Part shown: positions 42,810 through 51,941 of the stretch, one piece after another
How positions within the stretch are numbered: the first letter of the stretch is position 1
Layout of the letters: each line of letters opens with the position of its first letter
Assembly (NCBI GenBank): GCA_029571125.1
Contig: JAKPTH010000501.1
Location: 1 to 55,615 of the forward strand
Length of the DNA: 55,615 nucleotides
Direction: 5' to 3'
Source: a bacterium
Lineage (GTDB): Bacteria; Muiribacteriota; UBA9980
Translations under genes and position numbers: made by a program
The notes under the pieces: model-generated
What the model saw: the letters and a program-made list of their open reading frames with translations, nothing else
What the model was told of the DNA's origin: nothing
The model's database searches: none

Positions 42810-44105
42810 ATGCTTAATAAATTGAAACACAAATGGAAACAGATACTTATATTCCTCTCGCTCGTCGGCCCCGGCATAATAACCGGCAACGTAGATAACG
42901 ACGCGGGCGGCATCGCCACGTATTCCATCGCGGGCGCCCATTACGGCTACGCCATGCTATGGACGCTGATTCCGGTCACGATACTTCTCATATATACCCT
43001 CAACGCGAGCTACCGCATGGGAGTGGCCACAGGGCAGGGCCTCGGCGATCTCATCCGCGAAAAGTTCAGGGTAAAAGGCGCGTTCATACTGCTTTTCCTG
43101 GTTTTTTTCGCCAACCTCGGCACCACTACATCTGAATTTGCAGGCATTTACAGCAGCATACAGATCATGGGCATAAATTTTTCAAACGATTTCCCGCCGC
43201 TTCAAAGCAAGGCGTTTTTGACTATTCTCACTTACCTGTTAACCGTATTGATGGCAGTTTTTGTATGGACGATAGTCGTGAAGGGCACTTATAAAATGGT
43301 CGAACGCGTCTTTATTTTTTCTTGTTTTTTCTACCTTTCATACGTTTTTTCGGCTTTTTACGCCAAACCCGAGTGGAGCGAAGTGTGGCGCGGCTTTTTC
43401 ATCCCGACCATAAAATACGAAAGCGAGTATATATTCGATCTCATAGGCGTCATAGGAACCACCATCACGCCGTGGATGAATTTTTACATGCACGCCACCA
43501 TGCTCGAAAAAGGCATCACCGCTAAAAGTTACTATATAAGCAAATGGGACGTTGTGATAGGCAGCATCATGACCGACATAGTAGCCTTTTTCATGATAGT
43601 CGCCTGCGGCGCTACGCTTTTTCAGAAGCATATCAGGGTGGAATCAATCTACGATATAGGCCAGTCGCTCATTCCGATAGCCGGAAGCTACTCGTCGCTT
43701 CTTTTCGCGGCCGGGCTTTTTAACGCGTCGGTCCTCGCGTCGGCCGTTCTCCCGCTCGCTACGGCCTATGCCATATGTGAAACTTTCGGATGGGAAATAG
43801 GCATAGAAAAAAGTTTCAACGAAGCCAAGATGTTCTATTCGATATTCACTTTCATGATAGTAATCGGATGCTCGCTCGTTTTAATACCCGGCATGCCGCT
43901 TTTATTCATCATGCGCCTCTCACAGGTCGCAAACGGAATCCTTCTGCCCATTTTTCTTTTTTACTTAATCACGATCGCTTCCGATAAAAAAACCATGGGC
44001 GAATTCGTATTCTCGAAATTCGAAAAAAGCTTCGGATGGTTCTCCACTGTGATTTTGACGATTTTGAGCGTCATGCTCGTGTACCAGTCGCTCGCCGGCA
44101 ACTGA
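42810..44105 (+). CDS. NRAMP/SLC11-family transporter with non-canonical metal-site motifs (NRMT-like)
   Basis: GPGIITGNVDNDAGGIATYS has DAGG where canonical NRAMPs have DPGN. GVIGTTITPWMNFYMH has GTTITPW where canonical NRAMPs have GA(T/I)VMPH. About 11 TM segments. The start is 8 nt after the stop of the MgtE_N/CBS gene. Confidence 0.75.
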   Translation: MLNKLKHKWKQILIFLSLVGPGIITGNVDNDAGGIATYSIAGAHYGYAMLWTLIPVTILLIYTLNASYRMGVATGQGLGDLIREKFRVKGAFILLFLVFFANLGTTTSEFAGIYSSIQIMGINFSNDFPPLQSKAFLTILTYLLTVLMAVFVWTIVVKGTYKMVERVFIFSCFFYLSYVFSAFYAKPEWSEVWRGFFIPTIKYESEYIFDLIGVIGTTITPWMNFYMHATMLEKGITAKSYYISKWDVVIGSIMTDIVAFFMIVACGATLFQKHIRVESIYDIGQSLIPIAGSYSSLLFAAGLFNASVLASAVLPLATAYAICETFGWEIGIEKSFNEAKMFYSIFTFMIVIGCSLVLIPGMPLLFIMRLSQVANGILLPIFLFYLITIASDKKTMGEFVFSKFEKSFGWFSTVILTILSVMLVYQSLAGN

Positions 44106-44132
44106 TAAGCGCCGGCGCCGCTCGCGTATGGT

Positions 44133-45008
44133 CTATTTCATCCACATTTCCGGCACTTTATAGCATTCGCCGCCGGCCGGCTTATTGCCGCCCGCATAGT
44201 CCTGCGCTTCTTTTTCCGAAGTGAAGTATTTAAATTTTTTAAAAAAGGCCATGCCTTCTTCCGATTTCATATAGTCTATAAATTTTTGAGCGAGCGCCGG
44301 TTCTTTAGCGCACGTGGTCACCGCGACCGAAAGATAGCTCAGCCGCGATATTTCTTCGGTTTTCAATTTTACGGTTTCGATTTTTTCAGGGTTCCAGTGT
44401 TCGAATACGCTCCATCCGATGACCGCGTCGGCCGACCCCATAACGATTGCGTTAGCGACCTTTTCACAGCTTTCAACATAAGTCAGCAGCTTGTTTTTAA
44501 ATTCGGCCTTTTCTCCGGCGGAAAAGTTTTTTTCCGCGAGCTCCACTCCGAATACGCCGAGGCATACGTTTTCAGGGTTGGCTATAACGGCCCTTACGTC
44601 TTTTCTTAAAAGGTCTTTCAATCCGTATATTTTTTTGGGGTTGCCGCGCGCCACGTTCAGCGACGGAACCAGATAAACGATTTTAGCCTCGCTGGTTTCG
44701 ACTATTAACTTTTCGGCGCCGGCTTTGACTATGAAATCAACCGAACCCGGAAAATAAATATCGCCTTTTTTAGATAATTTAAGCTGCGAAAGCAGAACGC
44801 CTGAACCGCCGTAGATAACGTCGGTCTTAACGCCCGTCTTTTTCGAAAAAGCCGCCGCGAGTTCTTCGAACGGCGGCTTGGAAGCGACGCCGGCATAGAT
44901 CAAAAGCGATCCGCCGCCGTCTCCGGCCAGAGAATAATTATAATCGAATACTGGAAAAATAAGGGAAATGCATGCCAGAGCAATAAATAAAAAACGCCCA
45001 ACTAACAT
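44133..45008 (-). CDS. ModA/TupA-like periplasmic oxyanion (molybdate/tungstate)-binding protein
   Basis: Start moved to ATG 45008 (GGAGG 6 nt upstream). Signal/anchor FLFIALACISLIFPV; VIYGGSGVLLSQLKLSKKGDIYFPGS. No permease or ATPase gene is adjacent. Confidence 0.6.
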   Translation of the reverse strand: MLVGRFLFIALACISLIFPVFDYNYSLAGDGGGSLLIYAGVASKPPFEELAAAFSKKTGVKTDVIYGGSGVLLSQLKLSKKGDIYFPGSVDFIVKAGAEKLIVETSEAKIVYLVPSLNVARGNPKKIYGLKDLLRKDVRAVIANPENVCLGVFGVELAEKNFSAGEKAEFKNKLLTYVESCEKVANAIVMGSADAVIGWSVFEHWNPEKIETVKLKTEEISRLSYLSVAVTTCAKEPALAQKFIDYMKSEEGMAFFKKFKYFTSEKEAQDYAGGNKPAGGECYKVPEMWMK

Positions 45009-45126
45009 ATAACGCCTCCAAAAATTTTTAATCGTTACACGAATAGTTGTATCATTTTTTATTTTAATTGTCAATAGCTAATTTTAAAAAAGATTTCATT
45101 ATGTTAATTTTACATTAATAAAAAAA

Positions 45127-45960
45127 TCACATTTTGCTTCTTAAATAAACGAGTTGATCGAAATAATTGACGTTTTTATTATTGTCGCTGATGATAAAGC
45201 GGAACCATACACCTATGGCCCTGCTGATATCGGTAAACCCCACTTCGGAGCCGTTGTATTTGCCTTTATAAGTAGCTTTAGCGATCATTTCGTCTTTTTT
45301 ATCGAGCGTAACCGCGTCGTCGAGCATTACGTTCATGTAATAATTGTTATCTATAACGAAAAATTTGCTTTCTCTTTTAACCACGCCGACACCTACGACT
45401 GGAAATTCGCTTTCTTTTAAAACGCCTATGGTATTGGCGGTTAAATTGTCCGCAAAACTCTTTAAAAGTATTCTATCTTCGGCGCCGCCGCCGGCCTTCG
45501 CGCCCGGCCCGGGATCCGCGTCGGCCTGGCTTCTGGCAAGGGTCAGGGCCTTAATTTGCTTTCCGTTGACGTTCTGATCGGTAAAATAAAAGCTGTATGT
45601 GATATAATCGTAATCTATCGTATCGCTCGTAAGCGGATCGGCGCCCGCTTTAACTTCTTTGACATGCTTGAGCGTCATGGTAACCGCGTCTGCCGTTTCT
45701 TCGAAATTAGTTACCGCCGAGGAGCTTCTGACGTCGAACTCGAAACGCTGAAGCGCAAGCCGCGCCTCCCTGAGGTTATCGCCTTTCTGAAATAAATTTT
45801 CGGCCTGGCGGCGGCTGTGAAATACGAATTCATTGAAAACCAGGAACAGAAGCGAAAAAATCGCCACGCCTACCATAATTTCGACTATGGTAAAAGCTTT
45901 GCGGCCCGAATTTGCGGCGGCGGAATATTTTTTATCCGCGTTTTTATATAAATAATTCAT
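45127..45960 (-). CDS. pseudopilin / type IV pilin-like protein with prepilin N-terminal motif
   Basis: GRKA-FTIVEIMVGVAIFSLLFLV: Glu at +5 and a hydrophobic helix. The -1 residue is Ala rather than Gly, and the leader is 22 aa. Confidence 0.65.
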   Translation of the reverse strand: MNYLYKNADKKYSAAANSGRKAFTIVEIMVGVAIFSLLFLVFNEFVFHSRRQAENLFQKGDNLREARLALQRFEFDVRSSSAVTNFEETADAVTMTLKHVKEVKAGADPLTSDTIDYDYITYSFYFTDQNVNGKQIKALTLARSQADADPGPGAKAGGGAEDRILLKSFADNLTANTIGVLKESEFPVVGVGVVKRESKFFVIDNNYYMNVMLDDAVTLDKKDEMIAKATYKGKYNGSEVGFTDISRAIGVWFRFIISDNNKNVNYFDQLVYLRSKM

Positions 45961-46020
45961 ATTCTACCTCTAAATATATAAATACCAGCCGGATGCTTCA
46001 AGCCCGGCGTTCGACGGAAT

Positions 46021-46635
46021 TTAAGGTTTGGTTACTATAGTGAAAACTTTAAATTCATATTCTTTGTCGGGTTTATCGGGCTCGACCCACTTGACGGTCA
46101 CGTTGATCTGTATCCGCGACATCATTTTTTCGTACTCCGGCCTTTCCTTGGGATTAGCCACCGGCGGCGGAGGCGAAGCGCTGTCGAATACCATTTCGGG
46201 AAATTTCATCTTTGGAAAGCTTTTTACGGGGTAAAACGCCACCGCTATATCTATTTTATGTTTTGGGTATCCCGGAATCATTCCATAGTCTATGGTTTTT
46301 GTATATTCGTTCCAGTTGGTGCCGATCCCGCCGGGGCTAGCCTCGATAATCAGCCACTGCAAGGAATCATAGCCGCTGTAAACGGTTTTCGGAAACGGCG
46401 GAACTTCCACCATGGAAGAGCCGTGCTTTAGCTGCTCGCTCATAGAAAGCGCCAGCGAAGAGGCTTTTATAGCGCTCAAGCTCTTGACGTTGGCTTTGGT
46501 GGAATACATTAAAATATTTATAAACGGAACTACCGCAATAACGAATATCGCAAACGATATTATTATTTCGGTCAGCGAAAGCCCTCTATTTCGTATGGAA
46601 AATCCGTTTTTCGTAAATTCGTTCGACATCAGCAT
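46021..46635 (-). CDS. pseudopilin / type IV pilin-like protein
   Basis: RNRG-LSLTEIIISFAIFVIAVVPF (canonical Gly -1, Glu +5); SD GAGG. Confidence 0.7.
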   Translation of the reverse strand: MLMSNEFTKNGFSIRNRGLSLTEIIISFAIFVIAVVPFINILMYSTKANVKSLSAIKASSLALSMSEQLKHGSSMVEVPPFPKTVYSGYDSLQWLIIEASPGGIGTNWNEYTKTIDYGMIPGYPKHKIDIAVAFYPVKSFPKMKFPEMVFDSASPPPPVANPKERPEYEKMMSRIQINVTVKWVEPDKPDKEYEFKVFTIVTKP

Positions 46636-46675
46636 AAAAACGCCTCGTTATATAATAAATTTCGTCAAAACTTAA

Positions 46676-47284
46676 TTAATTCGCCGCGGCCAGCTTATTT
46701 TGCAGTTCCAGCTTCACCTTCATGATTTCGCTTTTCGTGCCGGGGTCGTTATCCAGGCCTTCGCATGTTTCTACATATCTTAAAAGCGCCTTGATGAAAG
46801 TTTTTTCATTTCCGCCGATCATACCCAGCATTGCCAGTTTCTGATAAATCTTAAGTTTCATTATTTGATTATCGGGTTCCGCCTTGAGGGCCGCCAGTAA
46901 AGAATCTGCCGCGCGGTCGAAATTGCCGGAAATCATGAACTTCTCAGCCAGAATATACATTTTGCTGGCTTTGCCGGAAGTGGCGCGGACATATTTATTG
47001 TTCATTTCGACGTATTGCTGTGCGCTCTTGCGGCTTTCTTCAGAAGCCTTTCTGGCGGCCACGAACAACTGGTCATACTCCGACGAAGGGTCGAATGACT
47101 GCACGTTGAAAGCGCCGCGCGAAGCGCTTTTACGCACCTGCTCCAGCTCCTCTTCGAGCTTGAGTTTTTTAGAATACTGAGTAGCCTTGGTGGAGGTGCT
47201 TTTTAAAATAAACCTCACGCCGGGTATCACTATGGTAAATATAAATATGACCACGCATAAAGCTATGATAGCCTTGCTTTTCAT
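46676..47284 (-). CDS. membrane-anchored coiled-coil/TPR-like protein in the pseudopilin operon
   Basis: N-terminal TM segment AIIALCVVIFIFTIVIPGV and a TPR-like GNFDRAADSLLAALKAEPDNQ. Confidence 0.5.
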   Translation of the reverse strand: MKSKAIIALCVVIFIFTIVIPGVRFILKSTSTKATQYSKKLKLEEELEQVRKSASRGAFNVQSFDPSSEYDQLFVAARKASEESRKSAQQYVEMNNKYVRATSGKASKMYILAEKFMISGNFDRAADSLLAALKAEPDNQIMKLKIYQKLAMLGMIGGNEKTFIKALLRYVETCEGLDNDPGTKSEIMKVKLELQNKLAAAN

Positions 47285-47337
47285 TTTACCCTTCTTTTAA
47301 AACAATATAAATTGCCGGCCTGTTACGAAAAAATCTT

Positions 47338-49707
47338 CTATTCCCTTTGCTGGATGTAATTATCGGACCTGCTCACGTTATAATTGATGGTGCAGTATTT
47401 TTTGTCGAAATTCTCCTTGTTTTTATCGATCCATTTCTGGAACGGATTGATGATGAGCTTATCAGGATAGTAGTTCTTTTTGTCTTCGTCTTCCCAGTTT
47501 ATTTCCTGGCATGTGAGGTTTCCGAAAATCCCTATGAAGCTGTCGTCGGTGCCGCTAAAAAGCTTGAAGCCGGCCTTTCTACTCTTCATATCTATCATCA
47601 TGCCCTTTTTGCCGTAAAGATACGCGTCGATCCTGACGTACGGTTTGGCCGAAAAATAACTCTGGAAACCGCTGAATAAGCCGCTGTAATATTTCTGGTC
47701 GTACGGATGCGGCGAAAAAATTATCTTTCCGCTTACGCCGAAATCGCTCGCCGCGGCGTCTTTTGTGCCGAGAGCTATAAGCTGGAGGCAGTTGTTGGCG
47801 CCCCTTAAAATATCGTACTGCCTTTCGCTGCCTGGATCGAAAACGCCGTCGTCCGGGTGGCGCAGTATCTGGCCGCCTATAATTATGTTTCCGGTAGCCA
47901 CGATAGCCCCGCGGCCTTTGTAGTAGCCTTCTATCAGCACGTCGCCGTCAACGAAATAAACGCCGTCTATATTTATGGCATATTTAGAGTGCTGCGTGGC
48001 CGCCTCGAATATATTTTTGGACGTGGAAAAATTATACCACGGAAGCTCTTTCACGCACTGGTCGGAGGAGTCGGCCCAGCCCCAGAAAGGCCGCCATACT
48101 ACTTTTTTATATTCCTTTTCGGTCGTAAAAAAAGCCACGTCGCCCGTGAATTTTTTATTTTCAAAAAATTTTTCGTTTGTCGCCGCGTCGAACAATCGCG
48201 GTATTTTCTCGCCTTTCACCGATGCGTCTTTTGTAAAATCTACGGTTTCGGCTATTATATTATGCCTCGCCGCTATTTTTTTGTATGTGTTTTCATCGTA
48301 TAAATACGCGAGCTGGCCGTTATTTCCTATAATATCGCCAGGAACGACGTTGGAGGTAAATTCTGAAAAATCGTAAGGCTCGTCCTGCGGATCAACCCCC
48401 GAAAAGCTCGAAAACCAGCCCTGCTTCATAACCCCGTATCTTCTTTTAACGTCGCCGTAAATCCAGTTATGAACGGTGCTCGAGTTATTGGGTATGCCGA
48501 ACAGGTTGTTGAAACCGCTGGTGACGAAATTAAAAGCCTGAGCGCTCCAGCCTATGGGCGGAAAATGCCCGGTTAAATCGACGTTGCCGCGGCTGCCGCC
48601 GGTGGAAGCTATGATACCGCCAAGCGCTTCGCCCACGGCGGCTCCGAATCCGGTAGGAAAATCCACTTCGCAAAGGCGCCAGTTGCTTTTATTAATGGCT
48701 TCATAAACCGCTCCGAGAATGTTTTCTGAAGTGGCGTTAGCGCCGAGAGGAATGTGCGCTATCCCCGTATGCTGAACGTATTTAAACATCGGCGAATCCG
48801 TATGCTCGAAAAGTTTTTCATCCACTTCTTTGGAATGCATTTTTATGATCATGCTAAGCTGGCCCAGTGAATCCATCATGCTTTTAAAAACGGGGTTCAT
48901 GATCCCTGAGAGGTTCGAAAAATCGCTCCTGGTTTCGTTAAGTTCGACGACGAGCTTGCGGCCGAATATTATGGCTTTGGTTTTGTTATAAGGCGGCAGC
49001 CATTCCACGCCGTTATTAATTACCAGATATTGCGGAACGTACTTAGACGACCAGGTGGGAGTGATAGTGGCGTCGCCGTCCCATCTTCTGGCCTTTATAA
49101 CCTGCTCGTTGTTATCTTCGTTTACCGCGAAAGCGTATCTGGCCATAACCGAAAGATCGCGGTACAATTCGACCTGTTTCTGGACCGTCACGGCCCGTTT
49201 TGCTCCGCGATACTCGCCCTGGCATGTTATGCTCATTATACCGAGCGCGAGGTTGTCGTCCACTTTTTTCTGAAGGTCGAATTTGACTTTTATATGATTT
49301 ATTTTAGCTTCGGGTATCGAAGCTTGTATGCTCGTTTCTATATTGGCCGTCTTGAGTTCGCCCGAAGCAACCCATGAATCGTTAGGATTGTCTTCGGGAA
49401 TGGGATAATCTGCGAAACTGGCGAATGCGCCGAATTTTTTATTGATATCCATGGTCGAATCAGACGAAAGCGGCTGTATGTAATCTGAATATTTGTGGTC
49501 TTTTATAACGTAAAGCGCGTGCTCCACTCCGGTTTCCGCCACGAAATGCGCCACGCTCGCGTCGAGATAATTAAACGACGACGACGATTCCTGCCGCATC
49601 ATCATTATAACTGTATAGCCCAGAAGGAACAAAACCGCCACCATAAAAAGAACGTATGCGAGAGCGAAACCCTTAGCCGGTTTTGATTTTTTTATATATG
49701 CGAGCAT
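47338..49707 (-). CDS. large (789 aa) PilX_N/GspK-like minor pseudopilin, probable tip/adhesin subunit
   Basis: KPAKG-FALAYVLFMVAVLFLLGYTV (PilX/GspK-type N-terminus lacking Glu +5), followed by ~740 aa with no recognised motif. Confidence 0.5.
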   Translation of the reverse strand: MLAYIKKSKPAKGFALAYVLFMVAVLFLLGYTVIMMMRQESSSSFNYLDASVAHFVAETGVEHALYVIKDHKYSDYIQPLSSDSTMDINKKFGAFASFADYPIPEDNPNDSWVASGELKTANIETSIQASIPEAKINHIKVKFDLQKKVDDNLALGIMSITCQGEYRGAKRAVTVQKQVELYRDLSVMARYAFAVNEDNNEQVIKARRWDGDATITPTWSSKYVPQYLVINNGVEWLPPYNKTKAIIFGRKLVVELNETRSDFSNLSGIMNPVFKSMMDSLGQLSMIIKMHSKEVDEKLFEHTDSPMFKYVQHTGIAHIPLGANATSENILGAVYEAINKSNWRLCEVDFPTGFGAAVGEALGGIIASTGGSRGNVDLTGHFPPIGWSAQAFNFVTSGFNNLFGIPNNSSTVHNWIYGDVKRRYGVMKQGWFSSFSGVDPQDEPYDFSEFTSNVVPGDIIGNNGQLAYLYDENTYKKIAARHNIIAETVDFTKDASVKGEKIPRLFDAATNEKFFENKKFTGDVAFFTTEKEYKKVVWRPFWGWADSSDQCVKELPWYNFSTSKNIFEAATQHSKYAINIDGVYFVDGDVLIEGYYKGRGAIVATGNIIIGGQILRHPDDGVFDPGSERQYDILRGANNCLQLIALGTKDAAASDFGVSGKIIFSPHPYDQKYYSGLFSGFQSYFSAKPYVRIDAYLYGKKGMMIDMKSRKAGFKLFSGTDDSFIGIFGNLTCQEINWEDEDKKNYYPDKLIINPFQKWIDKNKENFDKKYCTINYNVSRSDNYIQQRE

Positions 49708-49873
49708 AAATCACCTCTTCGTTCGTGGATAAAACTATTATATCATATATTAATTTTAACAAATAGGCCGGCATAAGTCAAGGGCGCGCGCTTAAAAATA
49801 CGGCCAATTAATTTATCAGAAGGGCATTTCGAACATTTTATTTTTTTCGAATATTACAAATTTTAAATATAGT

Positions 49874-49904
49874 AAAACAGGCCGTCCATTGGCCGGCCTG
49901 TTTT
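49874..49904 (-). terminator. rho-independent terminator (bidirectional architecture)
   Basis: AAAACAGGCCG-TCCATTGGC-CGGCCTGTTTT; 11-bp stem with A/T runs on both sides. Confidence 0.7.
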
Positions 49905-49944
49905 AGCGTGTAAATTGTACCTTGATTTTTTTTGAACCGCTTAT

Positions 49945-51819
49945 TTAAAATTTAAGCTGCGTCTCTATATTTATAGAATCCACCGCTTTTCCGGATTCGT
50001 TTAATATGTGCCTGAGCTCATAGCACATGCTCGATGAATCGGAAATGTCGAAACGCGCCTTCAGGCCATAAATTGCATCGCTGACTCTCGAATTTGAATA
50101 ATATAAATTCTTGCGGTCGTAATTCGCCGAAAGCTTCAGTTTATTATAATCGAGGCCGGTGTAATCGATTCCGAGCGAAAGGTGCGGCCTCAAGAAGGGC
50201 GAGTAATCTTTTTCATAAGACACCCTGAACGTATAAGCGTCGTTGAATTTAGCCTTGAATTCATTGAACCAGCCCGAATAACGCTCGCCGTTGTCGCGCA
50301 TTCTCATAAGGGAGCGGCCTTTGTAATGGCGTTCCATCTCATAGAGGGTATCGAAATAATTAGGAATGTAATTCGAACCCATCACGCGGAATTCCGTTTT
50401 AAAAGTGAAGTCGGCCATTTCAGCCAGCACGCCCGTGTGCATGCCTGTTCCGAAATTCCTTATTTTAGCGATTTCCTCATAAATTTTAAATTTAGAGTTG
50501 TATCTGGACGAAAGAGGTATGCCGACGTGCAAGGAGCCGACCGTTACGTTTTCGTTATGAAAACCGGTATTTACTTTATTGTCTGAAACTATCTGAGCGC
50601 CGACCTGCACGTGGTCGTGAGGCATTATTTCAAATGACGCGGCATAAATTCCGGGCGAGGCGATGTCGTCGACAAAAAGTTTTATATAATCTTCATAGCC
50701 GGTATCGTAAGTCGCGACTGCCCCTAGTTTTTTATCCAGAAGAGGATAGCGGAGGCTGCCGCAGTAATTTCTAAAAATAGCCCCCGAGCCGAGAGTGAGA
50801 TCGTCTATCATTTCCACGCGGGCCGAAAGGCCTTCGCCCGGCTTGCCGTAATATATATAATAAATTTTACGGATAAAATCGTCGGCGCTGTCCCAGTCGG
50901 TCTTTCTAAGGTTATTATTTTCGTCGAAATAAAAAGTCAGATCATACGCGAAGCTGAGATCGTTATATGAAAAACGCGGAATAGCGCCTATTTTAGACCA
51001 CATTTTGCGCGCGCCGGTATCGGGGTTCTCGAGCACGTTCGCGCCGAGATTTAAATACAGGCCCGGAAACCATTTGAGGCGGGTTTCGCTGTTGCCGAGA
51101 TATTTGGAAAAGAAGCCGCTCGCTTTTTCCCCGGCGGATTTATTTTCAGCCTTGCCCGATGGATCGGCTTCGGATTTTGTCCTGGAATTTCTGGCGAGGC
51201 TTATATCGCCGTCCGAATAACGAGGCGGTCTTACGGTTGAAGACGAAGTTTTGCGTTTGGAAGAATTATTATTAGAAGCGGCTTTTGCTTCCGCTTTAAA
51301 ATAACTTTCATCGCCGTCCGAGCTTATAACCACGTTTGAAGATAAAGCCGGAGTTTTTGAAACCGCGGCGGAAGATTTTTTCTTATTCGCATTCGCGGCG
51401 GATTTTTGCGAAAGCTCGTTGTATCTGGATTCGTAATAATTGTTAGAACTTAACGCCATGGCTTTAAGGGGCGCCGGTTTGACTTCGGCGGCGTTATTTT
51501 TCAAGGATTGCGCCGGGGAGGCGACGGATGTTTCAACACTTGCCGCGGGGGCTTTTGCCGCCGCCTGCTTCGCGCTTTTTTTAGAGACGGGTTTCGCCTT
51601 CTCTTTAACGGCCGCGCCTGCGGACGGTTTAGGCTGCGCCTTTTTAGCCGCCGGCCTGGCCGCATTCGCCGCGTTTTTAGAAGAATATCCTTTTTTCTTT
51701 TTGCCCAGAGGCGCGGCCCCCGCGTCGGATGCGGCAAGAAGAGCCGCGCCTATAAAGGCTATAAGCGCCGATATGGTTAAAAACTTTAAAAAGTTTTTAT
51801 TATCAGTGGTTTTTATCAT
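49945..51819 (-). CDS. secreted protein with K/A/S-rich low-complexity N-terminal third and a predicted C-terminal beta-barrel (OMP of unknown family)
   Basis: Signal peptide FLTISALIAFIGAALLAASDAGA, ~190 aa rich in K/A/S, then a beta-rich region ending ...NIETQLKF (terminal Phe). SD ACGGAG. Confidence 0.5.
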   Translation of the reverse strand: MIKTTDNKNFLKFLTISALIAFIGAALLAASDAGAAPLGKKKKGYSSKNAANAARPAAKKAQPKPSAGAAVKEKAKPVSKKSAKQAAAKAPAASVETSVASPAQSLKNNAAEVKPAPLKAMALSSNNYYESRYNELSQKSAANANKKKSSAAVSKTPALSSNVVISSDGDESYFKAEAKAASNNNSSKRKTSSSTVRPPRYSDGDISLARNSRTKSEADPSGKAENKSAGEKASGFFSKYLGNSETRLKWFPGLYLNLGANVLENPDTGARKMWSKIGAIPRFSYNDLSFAYDLTFYFDENNNLRKTDWDSADDFIRKIYYIYYGKPGEGLSARVEMIDDLTLGSGAIFRNYCGSLRYPLLDKKLGAVATYDTGYEDYIKLFVDDIASPGIYAASFEIMPHDHVQVGAQIVSDNKVNTGFHNENVTVGSLHVGIPLSSRYNSKFKIYEEIAKIRNFGTGMHTGVLAEMADFTFKTEFRVMGSNYIPNYFDTLYEMERHYKGRSLMRMRDNGERYSGWFNEFKAKFNDAYTFRVSYEKDYSPFLRPHLSLGIDYTGLDYNKLKLSANYDRKNLYYSNSRVSDAIYGLKARFDISDSSSMCYELRHILNESGKAVDSINIETQLKF

Positions 51820-51941
51820 TTTACAACGCTCCGTATCATAAAATTTTAGAAAACGCTCCGCGGTTTCATATCGCGAATCAGCATAACAATGCTTTATGCG
51901 TCTTTATGGATATCGGAACTAAAATGATAAAGTTTAGAAAA

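Noticed and set aside
43322-43631. His/Arg-rich ORFs on both strands inside the NRAMP gene, and similar short ORFs inside other genes
   Set aside because: These are alternative-frame artefacts within a motif-supported transporter gene.
45009-45074. 22-aa N-terminal extension of the ModA-like ORF
   Set aside because: GGAGG sits 6 nt before the internal ATG 45008, which begins a proper signal/anchor sequence.
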